NCBI GenBank assembly: GCA_001443005.1
Contig: LEKQ01000005.1
Location: 64,809-128,808, forward strand
DNA length: 64,000 bases
Reading direction: 5' to 3'
Source: a bacterium GBS-1
GTDB lineage: Bacteria > Synergistota > GBS-1
Numbering within the stretch: position 1 is the stretch's first letter; every line of letters begins with the position of its first letter. The position numbers were made by a program, and so were the translations under genes. Positions 27,784 through 38,775 of the stretch are shown here, one piece after another. The notes beneath the pieces are model-generated. The model did no database searches. It saw only the letters and a program-made list of their open reading frames with translations, and was not told the origin of the DNA.

Positions 27784-28523
27784 GGCGGAGGAGCTGGTAT
27801 CCGGGCCACATAGCTAAGGGGAGAGAGCTTATTAAGGAGGCTTTAAGGTACGCTAACCTCGTACTCGTGGTTCTGGATGCACGTGCTCCTCTTTCTACCT
27901 TTCCTCCATGGGAATCGCCTAAGGGTAAGGAGTTCTGGAGAGTCTTAAATAAGGCTGACCTGGCGGATGAGGAAGCTACCTCTAAATGGTTGAGCTACTT
28001 TGGGGAGAAGTCGATCGCTGTAAACTCGAAAACGGGCGAAGGAGTCGATGGGATTTTAAGAAGATTGAGGGAGCTTTCCTCGCCCAAGGTTATGGTTATA
28101 GGAATTCCCAATGTGGGCAAGTCCTCCTTGATAAACAGGCTTTTGGGTAGGAGGAGGGCTCAGGTTGGGGCAGTCCCCGGAGTGACCAGAGGAGGGATAT
28201 GGTTTAAGGAGTCATGGGGATTGCTGTTTGATACGCCTGGCATCCTTGAGCCTAAGCTGACGGAGGAGAGTAAGCTTATACTCTCTTGGCTTGGTTGCTT
28301 GAGGGAGGATGTACTGTGGGAGAGCTTGGTTACGCCTGCCCTATATCTTATCGAGAGGCTTTCTCTTTCCCTATCTCTTGAGGAGTTAGCCAGAAGGAGG
28401 GGGTTTTTAAAGAGGGGAGGGGAACCAGATCTTGAGAAGGCTGCATCAACCTTGCTTAGGGATTTCAGGGATGGAAGATTGGGAAGATGGACGCTTGAGC
28501 TCCCTCCTTGTAGCGGGAGTTGA
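27780..28523 (+). CDS. rbgA: Ribosome biogenesis GTPase RbgA/YlqF
   Basis: WYPGH, DARAP, NKAD, GIPNVGKSS, DTPG. Confidence 0.92.
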   Translation: MRRRSWYPGHIAKGRELIKEALRYANLVLVVLDARAPLSTFPPWESPKGKEFWRVLNKADLADEEATSKWLSYFGEKSIAVNSKTGEGVDGILRRLRELSSPKVMVIGIPNVGKSSLINRLLGRRRAQVGAVPGVTRGGIWFKESWGLLFDTPGILEPKLTEESKLILSWLGCLREDVLWESLVTPALYLIERLSLSLSLEELARRRGFLKRGGEPDLEKAASTLLRDFRDGRLGRWTLELPPCSGS

Positions 28524-29055
28524 TGAAGCTGGCAGGGGTCCCTTGGCTGGACCCGTGGTCGCCGCTGCGGTTATTCTCCCTCAAGGGTATGTCAATCATG
28601 AGATAAGGGACTCCAAGTCTCTTTCCTCCTTAAAGAAGGAAAGGCTATTTCACCTTTTGAAGCAGGAAGCCCTATCTTGGGCGGCGGCTTTGGTTGGCCC
28701 TGAGGAGATAGATAAAAGAGACATTCTCTGGGCTTCGCTTGAGGCGATGAGGAGAGCGATCTTAAGGCTTAAGGTAAAGCCGGATGCGGTTTTGGTTGAC
28801 GGCGTTCATCTAATCCCCAATTTAGGCATACCTCAAAGAGCCGTTCCTAAGGGGGATAAGATATTCCCGCCCATATCTGCAGCTTCCATAATAGCTAAGG
28901 TCATCAGGGATCGGATAATGTGCGCTTGGGATAAGGTATATCCGGAATATGGTTTCTCCAAACACAAAGGTTATCCAACTAAGGAGCATAAGCGTATCTT
29001 AGCCATCTTTGGTCCTTCGCCCATTCATAGAAAGAGCTTTAAGGGGTGTTTGTGA
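28432..29055 (+). CDS. rnhB: Ribonuclease HII (start may be ATG 28471)
   Basis: GVDEAGRGPLAGPV, DSK, AASIIAKV, HKGYPT. Confidence 0.95.
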   Translation: MRRLHQPCLGISGMEDWEDGRLSSLLVAGVDEAGRGPLAGPVVAAAVILPQGYVNHEIRDSKSLSSLKKERLFHLLKQEALSWAAALVGPEEIDKRDILWASLEAMRRAILRLKVKPDAVLVDGVHLIPNLGIPQRAVPKGDKIFPPISAASIIAKVIRDRIMCAWDKVYPEYGFSKHKGYPTKEHKRILAIFGPSPIHRKSFKGCL

Positions 29056-29058
29056 TTC

Positions 29059-30141
29059 TTGAGCCTGATAAGGTTGAGCGTCTCCGATGAGGTTTTAAGA
29101 AAGCTTCTTCCCCTCAAGGGGAAGGTAATCGAGGGAAAGGTCGTAGGAAAAGCTGGGGAGCTTCCCTTGCTTGAGGTTGATGATCTTCTTTTCCCTGCTG
29201 AAAGCAGGGTTTCACTGAAATTCGGGAGTCGCGTTTCCCTTTGGGTCAAGGGGATAAGTGGGGGGAAGCTTTATCTTCAGCTTCTTTCTCAAGATGATAT
29301 AGATGATGATTTCTTCAAACTCGGCTTAAGAGACAGGCCTGAGACCAGATTGGCTTATAAGCTCCTTAAATATATGGGAGTTCAAGCAGCTAAAGAAATA
29401 GTTGAGCTTCTAAGTCAGCTTCTAATTAAGGCTAAAGACCCTACCTTTGTGGCTGAGCTTCTTAAGGCCCTTCACCTTAGGTTCGGGCTCTCCAGTCCAA
29501 TAATCAGCTTTCTTCTTCACCTCGGTGGTGATCTATCTAACCTGAAGGATTTGCTCTTAAGGATCCTCTTCTATGGTAGTGAGGAGATTAAGGGAATGTT
29601 GAAGGAGATCATACCGAGGAAGGGCAAGGGATTAGCTTCTGAAATAAGAGGTTTTCTTTTAAGAAGTGGGGTTCTCAAGTTCGGGGGTTTAAGCGAAGCT
29701 TTGCTGCTTAGGGGGAAGAGTAAGGATGAGCTTTCCCTTCTGGGGTGGCTCCTTTTACCAAGGCTTTTGAGCTTCGCCCCGAAGGAGGGGGATTGGTTAA
29801 TTTACTTTTGGTTCCCGGTCCTCGATGATAAAGGGGAGCTCTCGGTTTTCCTTTTGAAAAGACACAAAGTTAAGCAGAAGGAGCAAGATGGGGAAAGGTA
29901 CGAGCTCCTTTTAGACCTTAAGACTCTTGGTAAGATAAAGGTTCTCTTTTACCTTCTTAAGGGTAAGCTGTGGATAACCTTTGAGGCCGAAAGCGAGGGG
30001 ACATTAGCCTCTTTAAGAAGAAAGTCCTCTGAGCTTTTTTCTATCCTTGAGTCTCAGGGATACAGCGTAGGCGGAGTTTCCGTAAGGGCTATGGTGGTAG
30101 ATAAAGGTCCGGAAGGGGAGGAGTTGGATATAAGAGTATGA
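29059..30141 (+). CDS. Protein with C-terminal FliK-like (hook-length control) domain, YlqG-position gene
   Basis: C-terminal [11 protein letters not shown]...FEAE...L...L...GY..., ends LDIRV; adjacent to ylqH. Confidence 0.6.
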   Translation: MSLIRLSVSDEVLRKLLPLKGKVIEGKVVGKAGELPLLEVDDLLFPAESRVSLKFGSRVSLWVKGISGGKLYLQLLSQDDIDDDFFKLGLRDRPETRLAYKLLKYMGVQAAKEIVELLSQLLIKAKDPTFVAELLKALHLRFGLSSPIISFLLHLGGDLSNLKDLLLRILFYGSEEIKGMLKEIIPRKGKGLASEIRGFLLRSGVLKFGGLSEALLLRGKSKDELSLLGWLLLPRLLSFAPKEGDWLIYFWFPVLDDKGELSVFLLKRHKVKQKEQDGERYELLLDLKTLGKIKVLFYLLKGKLWITFEAESEGTLASLRRKSSELFSILESQGYSVGGVSVRAMVVDKGPEGEELDIRV

Positions 30142-30413
30142 CTAAAGAAGAAATTAAGAAAGCTGCCGCCTTAAAGTACGATGAAGAAGAGGATAGGGCG
30201 CCTAAGGTAGTGGCCTCAGGCAGGGGCAGGGTGGCGGAGAGGATATTGGAGATAGCTAAGGAGCACGGCATACCTATATATGAGGACCCAGACTTAGTCG
30301 AGCTCCTCCTTAAGGTTGACTTGGGAGAGGAGATACCTCCTGAGCTTTATAAGGCTATAGCCGAGGTCTTAGCTTTCATATATAGTCTTAGAGAGGAGGG
30401 GCATAGAAGTTGA
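30138..30413 (+). CDS. Stand-alone FlhB C-terminal-domain protein (YlqH/FlhX-like)
   Basis: [40 protein letters not shown]; paralogous to the FlhB tail at 58.4-58.7 kb. Confidence 0.88.
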   Translation: MTKEEIKKAAALKYDEEEDRAPKVVASGRGRVAERILEIAKEHGIPIYEDPDLVELLLKVDLGEEIPPELYKAIAEVLAFIYSLREEGHRS

Positions 30414-31504
30414 AGTGCCTACCTGTTACCAAGCTTGAGGAGGGTATGGTGGTTGGAAAGACCATATATACCTCCGATGGAAGACCTCTCCTGAGAAGGG
30501 GAACGGTCTTAGAGAGGAGGCACATAGAGAGGCTTAAGAACCTTGGTATACCCGTTATATACGTTGAGGAGAATTTGGTGAGGGCGGAGGTTGAGGAAGC
30601 TATAATGGACGGGGTTAGAGTGAGCGCGGTGCAAGAGGCGCGAAGGATAATCCTTAAGGTTAGAAAGGAGTTGAAGTTTTACAACAAGAAAGTGAGCGAA
30701 GTTGACCTGAGCGATGATATGGAAAGAGTTAAGGGTGTTATAGACAGCTTGATAAAGGAGGTCCTGAAGACGAAGAGTGCCCTCTTTAGCTTCATAGATA
30801 TAAGAGGTGTAGATGATTTCCTTTATAGTCATATGGTGAATGTAACTGTTCTTGGGATGATGACCGGGCTAAGCTTGGGATATAAACCTGACAAGCTCTT
30901 TCTTCTTGGGGTAGGGCTTTTCCTCCACGATATCGGGAAGGCTATCATCGATGACGTCGTGTTGGCTAACCAGAAGCTTTTCGATAGGGAAACCAATCCG
31001 ATGATAATCAAGCACCCCTTGATTGGGTATGAACTCATAAAGGGTATTCCTGGAGTATCCTTACTTTCCGCGCATGTTGCCTATCAGCATCACGAGAGGG
31101 TTGATGGGGAAGGTTATCCTCGAGGCCTATCCGGTTCTGAGATCCATGAGTTCGCGAAGATAGCGAGCGTAGTCAACGCCTATGATATACTTGTCTCTGG
31201 ATCTCCCTTTCACCCTAGGGTTAAGCCCAGTGAAGCCGTTGATATGATTAAGGGAAAGGTCAGAAGCTTTTTCGATAAGGATGTAGTTGAGGCTCTCTTA
31301 AAGAATATAGCCCTTTATCCCGTTGGAAGCGTGGTTAAGCTCTCTACAGGTGAATTAGCCATGGTCTCTCAGACTAAGAAGGGGTTCCCGGATAGACCCA
31401 TCGTGAGGATTCTAAAGGATCAGGAGGACAGAGATCTTGATGTTTCAGTGGAGATAGACCTTTCCTTTCGCGATGATATCTCTATCGTGGGAGTAATTGA
31501 ATGA
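30410..31504 (+). CDS. HD-GYP domain c-di-GMP phosphodiesterase
   Basis: [19 protein letters not shown]. Confidence 0.88.
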   Translation: MKCLPVTKLEEGMVVGKTIYTSDGRPLLRRGTVLERRHIERLKNLGIPVIYVEENLVRAEVEEAIMDGVRVSAVQEARRIILKVRKELKFYNKKVSEVDLSDDMERVKGVIDSLIKEVLKTKSALFSFIDIRGVDDFLYSHMVNVTVLGMMTGLSLGYKPDKLFLLGVGLFLHDIGKAIIDDVVLANQKLFDRETNPMIIKHPLIGYELIKGIPGVSLLSAHVAYQHHERVDGEGYPRGLSGSEIHEFAKIASVVNAYDILVSGSPFHPRVKPSEAVDMIKGKVRSFFDKDVVEALLKNIALYPVGSVVKLSTGELAMVSQTKKGFPDRPIVRILKDQEDRDLDVSVEIDLSFRDDISIVGVIE

Positions 31505-31845
31505 GAGAGAAGGGGATTAAAGGGGAAGATAAAGCAGTTTCTCACCTTAAGCTTAAGGGGTATAGGATAGTTGAGAGGAACTATAGGACTCCCTTTGGTG
31601 AGGTGGATGTGATCGCTGAGAGGGATGGTGTAATGATCTTCGTAGAGGTCAAAAGCAGATCTAAGGATAGGGCGGAAGAGGCTTTTACTCTGAGCAAGGC
31701 TAAAAGGCTTTATAAGTCGGCCATGGTATACCTCGCTTCTAAGGGACTTTTGGATCATCCTTTCAGGTTTGACCTTATAGCGATAAGTGATGACGAGCTT
31801 GAGCATTATGAGAACATCCTTTGGGAGGATGGGGTGATTGGTTAG
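31501..31845 (+). CDS. yraN: YraN family nuclease
   Basis: GEDKA..L..KGY.IVERNYR..GEVDVIA..FVEVKSR, RFDLI. Confidence 0.9.
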   Translation: MREKGIKGEDKAVSHLKLKGYRIVERNYRTPFGEVDVIAERDGVMIFVEVKSRSKDRAEEAFTLSKAKRLYKSAMVYLASKGLLDHPFRFDLIAISDDELEHYENILWEDGVIG

Positions 31846-33367
31846 CTTCTGCTGGACCGTTGCCTTTGATGGCGTTCAAGCTATTCCGGTTAAGGTTGAG
31901 GTCGATATATCCCGAGGGCTTCCCGCCTTCAATGTGGTCGGCTTACCTGACGCAGTGGTGAGGGAGTCTAAGGAGAGAGTGAGGTCTGCTATCAGGAACG
32001 CAGGTTTTTCCTTTCCCTTAAGTAGGGTTGTGGTTAACTTAGTTCCTGCTGATCTCAAGAAGGAGGGAAGCCATTTTGACCTCGCGATAGCTTTAGCGCT
32101 TCTTTCAGCCTGCGGGGAGCTTCGCGAGCTTTCAGATTGGCTCGTCTTTGGGGAGCTTTCTCTTAACGGAGAGCTTGAGAGGTCAAAGGGAGCTATACTT
32201 GCTGCCTCTTTAGCCAAGGAGATGGGGTTTAAGTTCCTCTTTCCCTTGAAGAACCTTAAAGAAGTATCTCCTATTGCTCAAGGTTTATCTGCTTATGGCG
32301 TTAGGGATCTATCACAAGCTCTATCGTTCCTTAGAGGAGATGTGAAGCTGATGGAAGTTGAACCATCTAAGGTTGAGAGCTCTTACGTTGACTCTGAGTT
32401 TGATATGTCCGATGTTAAAGGGCAGGCTTTCGCAAAGAGGGCCATAGAGATAGGAGCTGCGGGCTGGCATAACCTTCTCATGATAGGTCCACCGGGGAGC
32501 GGTAAGACCATGCTCGCTAAGATATTGATTTCCCTGCTTCCTCCCCTTTCGGAGGGTGAGATAATAGAGGTTTCCAAGATATACAGCCTATCTGGGTATT
32601 TGAGCGATGGGCTGGTAACCTCTAGGCCCTTTAGAGCTCCTCACCATACTATAAGTGAGATAGGCTTGTGCGGCGGTGGAAGCTCTCCTCGTCCTGGAGA
32701 GATATCCTTAGCTCATAGGGGCGTTTTATTCTTGGACGAGCTTCCGGAGTTCTCACGCAGGGCGCTTGAGATATTGAGGCAACCCTTGGAGGACGGGGTA
32801 GTTAACCTTTCGAGAGCAGGTTATTCGGTTTCCTTCCCCGCTCGTTTTCTCTTAGTTTGTGCCATGAACCCATGCCCCTGTGGCTTTTTGGGTGACCCTG
32901 AAAGGGATTGTAAGTGCTCTCCTATTTCCATAAGGAGATACCTATCGAAAGTTTCTGGTCCATTGATAGATAGGATAGACTTGCACGTTGAAGTCCCGAG
33001 GCTTAAACCTGATGAGCTCCTATCGGAGGGGTTAACTTTATCTGAAAGCAGTGAGGATGTTAGAAAGAGGGTTGCTTTGGCATGGGAGGTTCAAAGGGAT
33101 AGGTTTTCCTCCAACACGAAGTTTAACTCCTTTATGACTCCCGATGAGCTGAAAAGATTTTGCCCCATAGGCAAGGAGGAGAGGGATTTCCTGAGAAATG
33201 CATTGAGGGAGCTGGGCTTAACCGCTAGAGCATATGCGAAGATCTTAAAGGTGTCTAGAACCATAGCCGATCTTGAGGGTAGATCGAGAATAGAGATAGG
33301 GCATCTCGCTGAGGCTCTCTCATTCAGACTCCTTGATAGAAGGGATACGCCTTGGACGATCGTTTAG
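31838..33367 (+). CDS. comM: ComM/YifB Mg-chelatase-like AAA+ ATPase
   Basis: VGLPD..VRESKERV, GPPGSGKT, PFRAPHH, LAHRGVLFLDE, NPCPCG. Confidence 0.92.
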   Translation: MVSFCWTVAFDGVQAIPVKVEVDISRGLPAFNVVGLPDAVVRESKERVRSAIRNAGFSFPLSRVVVNLVPADLKKEGSHFDLAIALALLSACGELRELSDWLVFGELSLNGELERSKGAILAASLAKEMGFKFLFPLKNLKEVSPIAQGLSAYGVRDLSQALSFLRGDVKLMEVEPSKVESSYVDSEFDMSDVKGQAFAKRAIEIGAAGWHNLLMIGPPGSGKTMLAKILISLLPPLSEGEIIEVSKIYSLSGYLSDGLVTSRPFRAPHHTISEIGLCGGGSSPRPGEISLAHRGVLFLDELPEFSRRALEILRQPLEDGVVNLSRAGYSVSFPARFLLVCAMNPCPCGFLGDPERDCKCSPISIRRYLSKVSGPLIDRIDLHVEVPRLKPDELLSEGLTLSESSEDVRKRVALAWEVQRDRFSSNTKFNSFMTPDELKRFCPIGKEERDFLRNALRELGLTARAYAKILKVSRTIADLEGRSRIEIGHLAEALSFRLLDRRDTPWTIV

Positions 33368-34425
33368 CTCTTCTTGGGCTTAACCTCGTTGAAGGCCTCG
33401 GCCCCAAGAGAATAGCCTCTCTTATCTCCTTTTTCGGTTCTCCCTCCCGCGCCTGGGATGCTACGGCGGAGGAGATTCTCGAGGTCCCGGGGATGGGAGA
33501 GAGGATAGCTCAAGTTTTCCTTCAGGTTAAAAGGGATGGGCTTCTTGAGAGAGAGCTCGAGATTATGGAGAGGGAAGGGATAGGCTTTTTGACCATCCTC
33601 GATGAGGGTTACCCGTCCCTTCTCAAAGAGATAAAGGATCCTCCACCTGTGATATACGTCAAGGGGGAATTAAGCGACAGCTTTAACTTAGCCATAGTTG
33701 GAACGAGAAAACCATCACCCTATGGTAGGAAGGTGGCACGAGAATTTGCTAAGGAGATAGCCCTAAGGGGTGTATGCGTGGTTAGCGGGCTTGCCAGGGG
33801 AATAGACTCGGAAGCGCATAGAGGGGCCTTGGAGGCGGAGGGCTTAACTTACGCTGTCTTGGGATCAGGGCTGCTTAAGGTATATCCGCCTGAGCTTAAG
33901 GGGTTGGCTAGGGAAATAGAAGATAAAGGTGCCTTAATAAGTGAGTATCCTCTTTTAACTCCGCCTCTTTCGCAGAACTTCCCGAGAAGAAACAGGATAA
34001 TAAGCGGCTTGTCCAGGGGAGTTCTGATAGTTGAGGCCCCTTTAAAAAGCGGTGCCATGATCACCGTATTTTACGCTTTAGAGCAAGGAAGGGATGTCTT
34101 CGCCATTCCCGGCAGCATATACTCGCCTCAGAGCGAAGGTTCTAACCTTCTCATCCAGCAGGGGGCGAAACTCGTTATGAAGCCCGATGATCTACTTGAG
34201 GAATACGGAGCTATGGGCCGTTTTTATAAAAATAGACAAAATAATTTAGATATTTCTGAAGAAGAAAAGAGATTTCTTGATAAATTGCCTATTGGAGAGG
34301 TTTTATCGATAGATGCTTTGTTTTATAATGATACTAGTAGCAAAAATTATGCTATAATAACCGTGCTTGAACTTAAAGGGTATTTAAAGAGGGTAGAAGG
34401 TGGAAAGATTATGCGTTTGAGGTGA
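33352..34425 (+). CDS. dprA: DNA-processing protein DprA
   Basis: AIVGTR, VSGLARGID, FPRRNRIISGLS, LEQGRDVFAIPG. Confidence 0.95.
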   Translation: MDDRLALLGLNLVEGLGPKRIASLISFFGSPSRAWDATAEEILEVPGMGERIAQVFLQVKRDGLLERELEIMEREGIGFLTILDEGYPSLLKEIKDPPPVIYVKGELSDSFNLAIVGTRKPSPYGRKVAREFAKEIALRGVCVVSGLARGIDSEAHRGALEAEGLTYAVLGSGLLKVYPPELKGLAREIEDKGALISEYPLLTPPLSQNFPRRNRIISGLSRGVLIVEAPLKSGAMITVFYALEQGRDVFAIPGSIYSPQSEGSNLLIQQGAKLVMKPDDLLEEYGAMGRFYKNRQNNLDISEEEKRFLDKLPIGEVLSIDALFYNDTSSKNYAIITVLELKGYLKRVEGGKIMRLR

Positions 34426-34453
34426 AAGATCGGTCTTTTCATTTTCGGGAGGG

Positions 34454-34729
34454 GTGAGAATGGAGGAGAGATGGATAAGGGTTCTTCACGCGAGGGAGAA
34501 GCTTAGACTGACCCCCGCTGCTGAAGGGATAATATATAAAGCTATTCAGCTTGGCATACTGACTGAGGAGGAGAGGGAGGCTCTCCTAGAGCAAATTATG
34601 TTTCTTACGCCCGGGAAGTTCAAGGAGATAGATGTGGATGACCTTAGGCTTATAATGGAGAGGTTCGTCAGCGATGAGGATGTTCTCTTAACCCTTTTTG
34701 AGGAGGGAGAAGGTAAAGTATTAAATTGA
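34454..34729 (+). CDS. Smg / DUF494-like protein
   Basis: RVLHAREKLRLTP.A.G......GIL..EERE..EQ; position after dprA; C-terminal half of Smg only. Confidence 0.65.
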   Translation: MRMEERWIRVLHAREKLRLTPAAEGIIYKAIQLGILTEEEREALLEQIMFLTPGKFKEIDVDDLRLIMERFVSDEDVLLTLFEEGEGKVLN

Positions 34730-36021
34730 GCAAGGTTTATGTCATAGGCGGGGGGCTTGCGGGAAGCGAAGCAGCTTGGCAAATCGCCAAAAGAGGAATA
34801 AGGGTGGTTCTCTTTGAGATGCGCCCGGGGGTTATGACGCCAGCGCATAAGACTGGGTATTTCGCCGAGCTCGTTTGCAGTAATTCCCTTGGGGCCGAAG
34901 GTTTGGATACGGCCTCGGGTCTCCTTAAGGAGGAGCTTAGGATACTGGGGTCAATGGTGCTTGAGTGCGCTTATTCTGCGAGGGTTCCCGCGGGGAAGGC
35001 TCTTGCGGTTGATAGAGAGAAGTTTGCTAAGGAGATAACCGAGAGGATAAGCTCAAATCCGTATATAGAGATCGTCAGAGAGGAGGTCAAAGAGCTTCCT
35101 CAAGAGTGTGAAGTTATAGTTGCAACTGGTCCTCTAACGTCCCAATCCCTGGCTGAGAGTTTAAGGAAGCTGCTTGGCTCAGATTATCTTTACTTTTACG
35201 ATGCTGTTTCCCCCATAGTTACTTATGAGTCCCTTAATATGGATAAGATATTCAGAGGCTCAAGATATGGGGCTGGGGATGATTATTTGAACTGCCCGAT
35301 GACTAAGGAGGAGTACGAGGCCTTTTGGGAAGCTTTGGTCAAGGCTGAGCGTCATCCTCTTCATCCTTTCGAGGATCCCAAGTATTTTGAGGGTTGTTTG
35401 CCCATAGAGGTTATAGCTTCGAGGGGGAAGGAAACCCTCCTTTATGGTCCACTTAAGCCGGTTGGTTTAATAGATCCGAGGACCGGCAAGGAACCCTACG
35501 CTGTAGTTCAACTTAGAAAGGAAAACCTCGAGGGAACGCTTTACAATCTGGTGGGCTTTCAAACCAATTTGAAATGGAGCGAACAGAAGAGAGTCTTCAG
35601 GATGATACCTGGCCTTGAGAACGCTGAGTTTGTTAGGTATGGCGTCATGCACAGAAACATCTTCATAAACTCTCCCGTACTGCTTGATAATTCCTTGAGA
35701 CTTAAGATTAACCCGAGGGTCCTATTCGCTGGGCAGATCGTAGGCGTTGAGGGGTATATGGAGTCGACGGCTATGGGATTGGTTGCTGCTTTAAGCGTGG
35801 TTTCAGGAGGCAAAATATCCTTTCCGCCTGAGACGATGATCGGCTCGCTCTTAAGATACATAACGAGCGCTTCCCCTAAGAGCTTCCAGCCGATGAACGC
35901 TAACTTTGGTATTCTTCCTCCGCTTGAGATCAATGTGCGAAATAGAAAGGATAAAAGGATAAAATTTTCAGAAAGAGCGATAAAGGCCTTGACAAATTGG
36001 TGGGAAAGGTTAAAATATTAA
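34726..36021 (+). CDS. trmFO: FADH2/folate-dependent tRNA U54 methyltransferase
   Basis: GGGLAGSEAAWQ, AELVCSNSL, YFYDA, YNLVGFQTNL, RYGVMHRN, GVEGY. Confidence 0.96.
   Translation: MSKVYVIGGGLAGSEAAWQIAKRGIRVVLFEMRPGVMTPAHKTGYFAELVCSNSLGAEGLDTASGLLKEELRILGSMVLECAYSARVPAGKALAVDREKFAKEITERISSNPYIEIVREEVKELPQECEVIVATGPLTSQSLAESLRKLLGSDYLYFYDAVSPIVTYESLNMDKIFRGSRYGAGDDYLNCPMTKEEYEAFWEALVKAERHPLHPFEDPKYFEGCLPIEVIASRGKETLLYGPLKPVGLIDPRTGKEPYAVVQLRKENLEGTLYNLVGFQTNLKWSEQKRVFRMIPGLENAEFVRYGVMHRNIFINSPVLLDNSLRLKINPRVLFAGQIVGVEGYMESTAMGLVAALSVVSGGKISFPPETMIGSLLRYITSASPKSFQPMNANFGILPPLEINVRNRKDKRIKFSERAIKALTNWWERLKY
35989..36016 (+). promoter_or_regulatory. sigmaA promoter for xerC-hslVU-codY inside the trmFO 3' end
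   Basis: TTGACA-16nt-TAAAAT; CodY-box-like AATTTTCAGAAAGAG at 35963-35977. Confidence 0.6.
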
Positions 36022-36027
36022 GTTAAA

Positions 36028-36873
36028 ATGGGGTTTGAACTAGAGTTAGATGAATTTTTACATGAGCTTGCCTTATTTAAAGGATTTTCTGAGCACACTC
36101 TCAAGGCTTACTCTTCTGATGTGTGTGATTTTTTAAACTTTTTAGAAGCGAGATTCCTTGATTTAAGCAGAGAGGCTTTGTGGGAGTATAGGAGCTTTCT
36201 ATCCTCTCAGGGATATGAGAAAAGCAGTATAGCGCGCAAGCTATCTTCTATAAGGTCCTTTTTAAGGTTTCTTAGAAGGAAGGGGTATATAAGTGAGCCT
36301 TTGGAGAAGTTTATTAGGAACCCTAAGTCGGGAAGGCCTCTTCCCCGAGCCCTGTCTAAGGAGGAGGTAGAGCAGCTCATATCGGTTGCTTCGGATGCGA
36401 GGGAGAGAGCGATAGTGGAGCTTATCTATGCAACCGGTGTTAGGGTTAGTGAGCTTGTTTCTCTGAACTGGAGCGATATAGACTGGGATAGTGAAGTGGT
36501 GAGGGTTTTGGGGAAAGGGGGCAAGGAAAGGGTCGTCCCCATAGGATCTAAGGCCCTCGAGGCTTTGAGGGCTTATGGATCTGAGAGTGGGATGAAGGGG
36601 CCCCTTTTTAAGAATAGAGATGGTGATAGGCTCACGTCGAGGAGCGTGGAGAGGATCGTAAAGAGGATGGCTATTAAGGCTGGCTTGGGAAGCGATGTCA
36701 CCCCCCACGTTTTAAGGCACTCGTTTGCTACTCATCTTCTCGAAGGGGGGGCCGATTTGCGCACCGTTCAGGAGTTGTTGGGGCATTCGAGCTTAACTAC
36801 AACGCAGATTTATACCAAGATAACGCTGGATAGGATAAAGGAGGTGTACGCTCTTGCCCATCCCCGGAGTTAG
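36028..36873 (+). CDS. xerC: Tyrosine recombinase XerC/CodV
   Basis: [34 protein letters not shown]; codV-position upstream of hslVU-codY. Confidence 0.9.
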   Translation: MGFELELDEFLHELALFKGFSEHTLKAYSSDVCDFLNFLEARFLDLSREALWEYRSFLSSQGYEKSSIARKLSSIRSFLRFLRRKGYISEPLEKFIRNPKSGRPLPRALSKEEVEQLISVASDARERAIVELIYATGVRVSELVSLNWSDIDWDSEVVRVLGKGGKERVVPIGSKALEALRAYGSESGMKGPLFKNRDGDRLTSRSVERIVKRMAIKAGLGSDVTPHVLRHSFATHLLEGGADLRTVQELLGHSSLTTTQIYTKITLDRIKEVYALAHPRS

Positions 36874-37393
36874 GTCTACTACGATAATAGCTTTAAAGCA
36901 TAAGGGTGATTCCGTTATGGGGGGAGATGGTCAGGTTACGATGGGGGAGATAGTCCTTAAGGAGAACGCTCGGAAGGTTAGACGCCTTTATGGTGGTAGG
37001 GTTTTGGCTGGCTTTGCTGGAGCGACTGCGGATGCCATGACATTGCTTGAGAGGTTTGAGGGAAAGCTTGAGGAGCATCAAGGGAATTTACTTAAGGCTG
37101 CCGTTGAGATGGCCAAGGATTGGAGAACGGATAGGGCCTTAAGGAGGCTTGAGGCTCTGCTGATAGTTATGGATAAGGAGAGGATGCTTCTAATATCTGG
37201 TACGGGGGATATAGTTGAGCCCGATGATAACGTGATAGCTGTTGGGTCGGGTGGGGCCTATGCCTTAGCTGCGGCAAAGGCGCTAATCGCTCATACGGAT
37301 CTTTCAGCTGAGGAGATAGTTAAGGAGTCCCTGAGGATAGCCTCCCTGTTATGCATATATACTAACGATAACTTTATAATAGAGAAACTTTAA
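36854..37393 (+). CDS. hslV: ATP-dependent protease peptidase subunit
   Basis: Propeptide then [27 protein letters not shown]. Confidence 0.96.
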   Translation: MPIPGVRSTTIIALKHKGDSVMGGDGQVTMGEIVLKENARKVRRLYGGRVLAGFAGATADAMTLLERFEGKLEEHQGNLLKAAVEMAKDWRTDRALRRLEALLIVMDKERMLLISGTGDIVEPDDNVIAVGSGGAYALAAAKALIAHTDLSAEEIVKESLRIASLLCIYTNDNFIIEKL

Positions 37394-37399
37394 AAAGAG

Positions 37400-38761
37400 G
37401 TGAAGATAATGTCGGTGGAGGGATTAACCCCTCGTCAGATAGTTGAAGCTCTTGATAGGTACATAGTTGGGCAAGAGGAGGCCAAGAAGGCGGTAGCGAT
37501 AGCCTTGAGAAATAGAATAAGGAGGAAAGCGCTTCCTCCTGAGTTGAGGGAGGAGATAGCTCCTAAGAACATACTCATGATAGGGCCCACAGGCGTCGGG
37601 AAGACCGAGATAGCAAGAAGGCTCGCTAGCCTCGTGGGAGCTCCATTCGTTAAGGTTGAGGCTACAAAGTTCACCGAGGTTGGCTATGTTGGCAGGGATG
37701 TCGATTCGATAATAAGGGAGCTGGTTGAGGTTGCGGTTCAGATGGTTAAATCGGAGAAGATCGAGGAGGTTAGGGAGGAGGCCAAGACTCACGCTGAGCT
37801 AAGAATAGTGGAGGCCTTGATGCCCGGCATGAGGTTTTCCTATGCCGCTCAGGAGCCTGGTTCTTTTGAGCCTTCCGTTAGAGAGAGCACGAGGCAGAGG
37901 CTTCTTGAGATGTTGAGGAGCGGGCAGCTTGAGGAGAGGGTGATAGAGATAGATACTGTGGACAGGTCAATGCCTAGGGTTGAGGTTTTCACAGCCATGG
38001 GGGTTGAGGACTTGGGGATTAACTTTCAGGATCTTTTAGGGAATATATTCCCTCCAAGGATGAAGAGAAGGAAGCTAAAGGTTAAGGAGGCCAGGAAAGT
38101 TCTTGAGCAGGAGGAGGCTCAGAAACTAATAGATATGGATGAGGTGGCTCAGGAGGCTATAAGGAGGGCCGAAGAAACCGGGATAGTCTTTATAGATGAG
38201 ATAGATAAAATCGTCAGTAAGGGTAGCACCTATGGTCCTGATGTGTCGAGGGAGGGGGTCCAAAGGGATCTCCTACCCATAGTTGAGGGGTCTACTGTTA
38301 TAACCAAGTATGGACCTGTTCGGACTGATCATATACTATTCATCGCTGCTGGTGCCTTTCATATAGCTAAGCCGTCGGACCTAATTCCCGAACTTCAAGG
38401 TAGATTCCCTATAAGAGTTGAGCTTAAGCCTTTGAGCAAGGATGACCTTGAGAGGATTCTGGTTGAGCCGAAGAATGCCTTGATAAAGCAATACAAAGCT
38501 CTCTTAGCTACAGAAGGGGTGGACCTTGATTTCACACCTGAGGCTATAAGCAAGATAGCTGAAATAGCTTATAGGATAAACGAGGAGATGGAGAACATTG
38601 GGGCAAGAAGGCTTCACACGGTTATGGAGAAACTCCTTGAAGACATATCCTTCGAGGCTCCTGAAAGACGGGGTTCGAGGGTAGTTATAGATGATAGGTA
38701 TGTTGAGGAGAAACTCTCCTCCATAGTGGGGAGAAAGGACCTAAGCCAGTATATCCTTTAA
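37400..38761 (+). CDS. hslU: ATP-dependent protease ATPase subunit
   Basis: [31 protein letters not shown]. Confidence 0.96.
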   Translation: MKIMSVEGLTPRQIVEALDRYIVGQEEAKKAVAIALRNRIRRKALPPELREEIAPKNILMIGPTGVGKTEIARRLASLVGAPFVKVEATKFTEVGYVGRDVDSIIRELVEVAVQMVKSEKIEEVREEAKTHAELRIVEALMPGMRFSYAAQEPGSFEPSVRESTRQRLLEMLRSGQLEERVIEIDTVDRSMPRVEVFTAMGVEDLGINFQDLLGNIFPPRMKRRKLKVKEARKVLEQEEAQKLIDMDEVAQEAIRRAEETGIVFIDEIDKIVSKGSTYGPDVSREGVQRDLLPIVEGSTVITKYGPVRTDHILFIAAGAFHIAKPSDLIPELQGRFPIRVELKPLSKDDLERILVEPKNALIKQYKALLATEGVDLDFTPEAISKIAEIAYRINEEMENIGARRLHTVMEKLLEDISFEAPERRGSRVVIDDRYVEEKLSSIVGRKDLSQYIL

Positions 38762-38775
38762 GGAGGGGTGAAAAC

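Noticed and set aside
36028..36873. Tyrosine recombinase as sign of a mobile element
   Set aside because: Housekeeping XerC/CodV in the canonical trmFO-xerC-hslVU-codY context; no att sites or cargo
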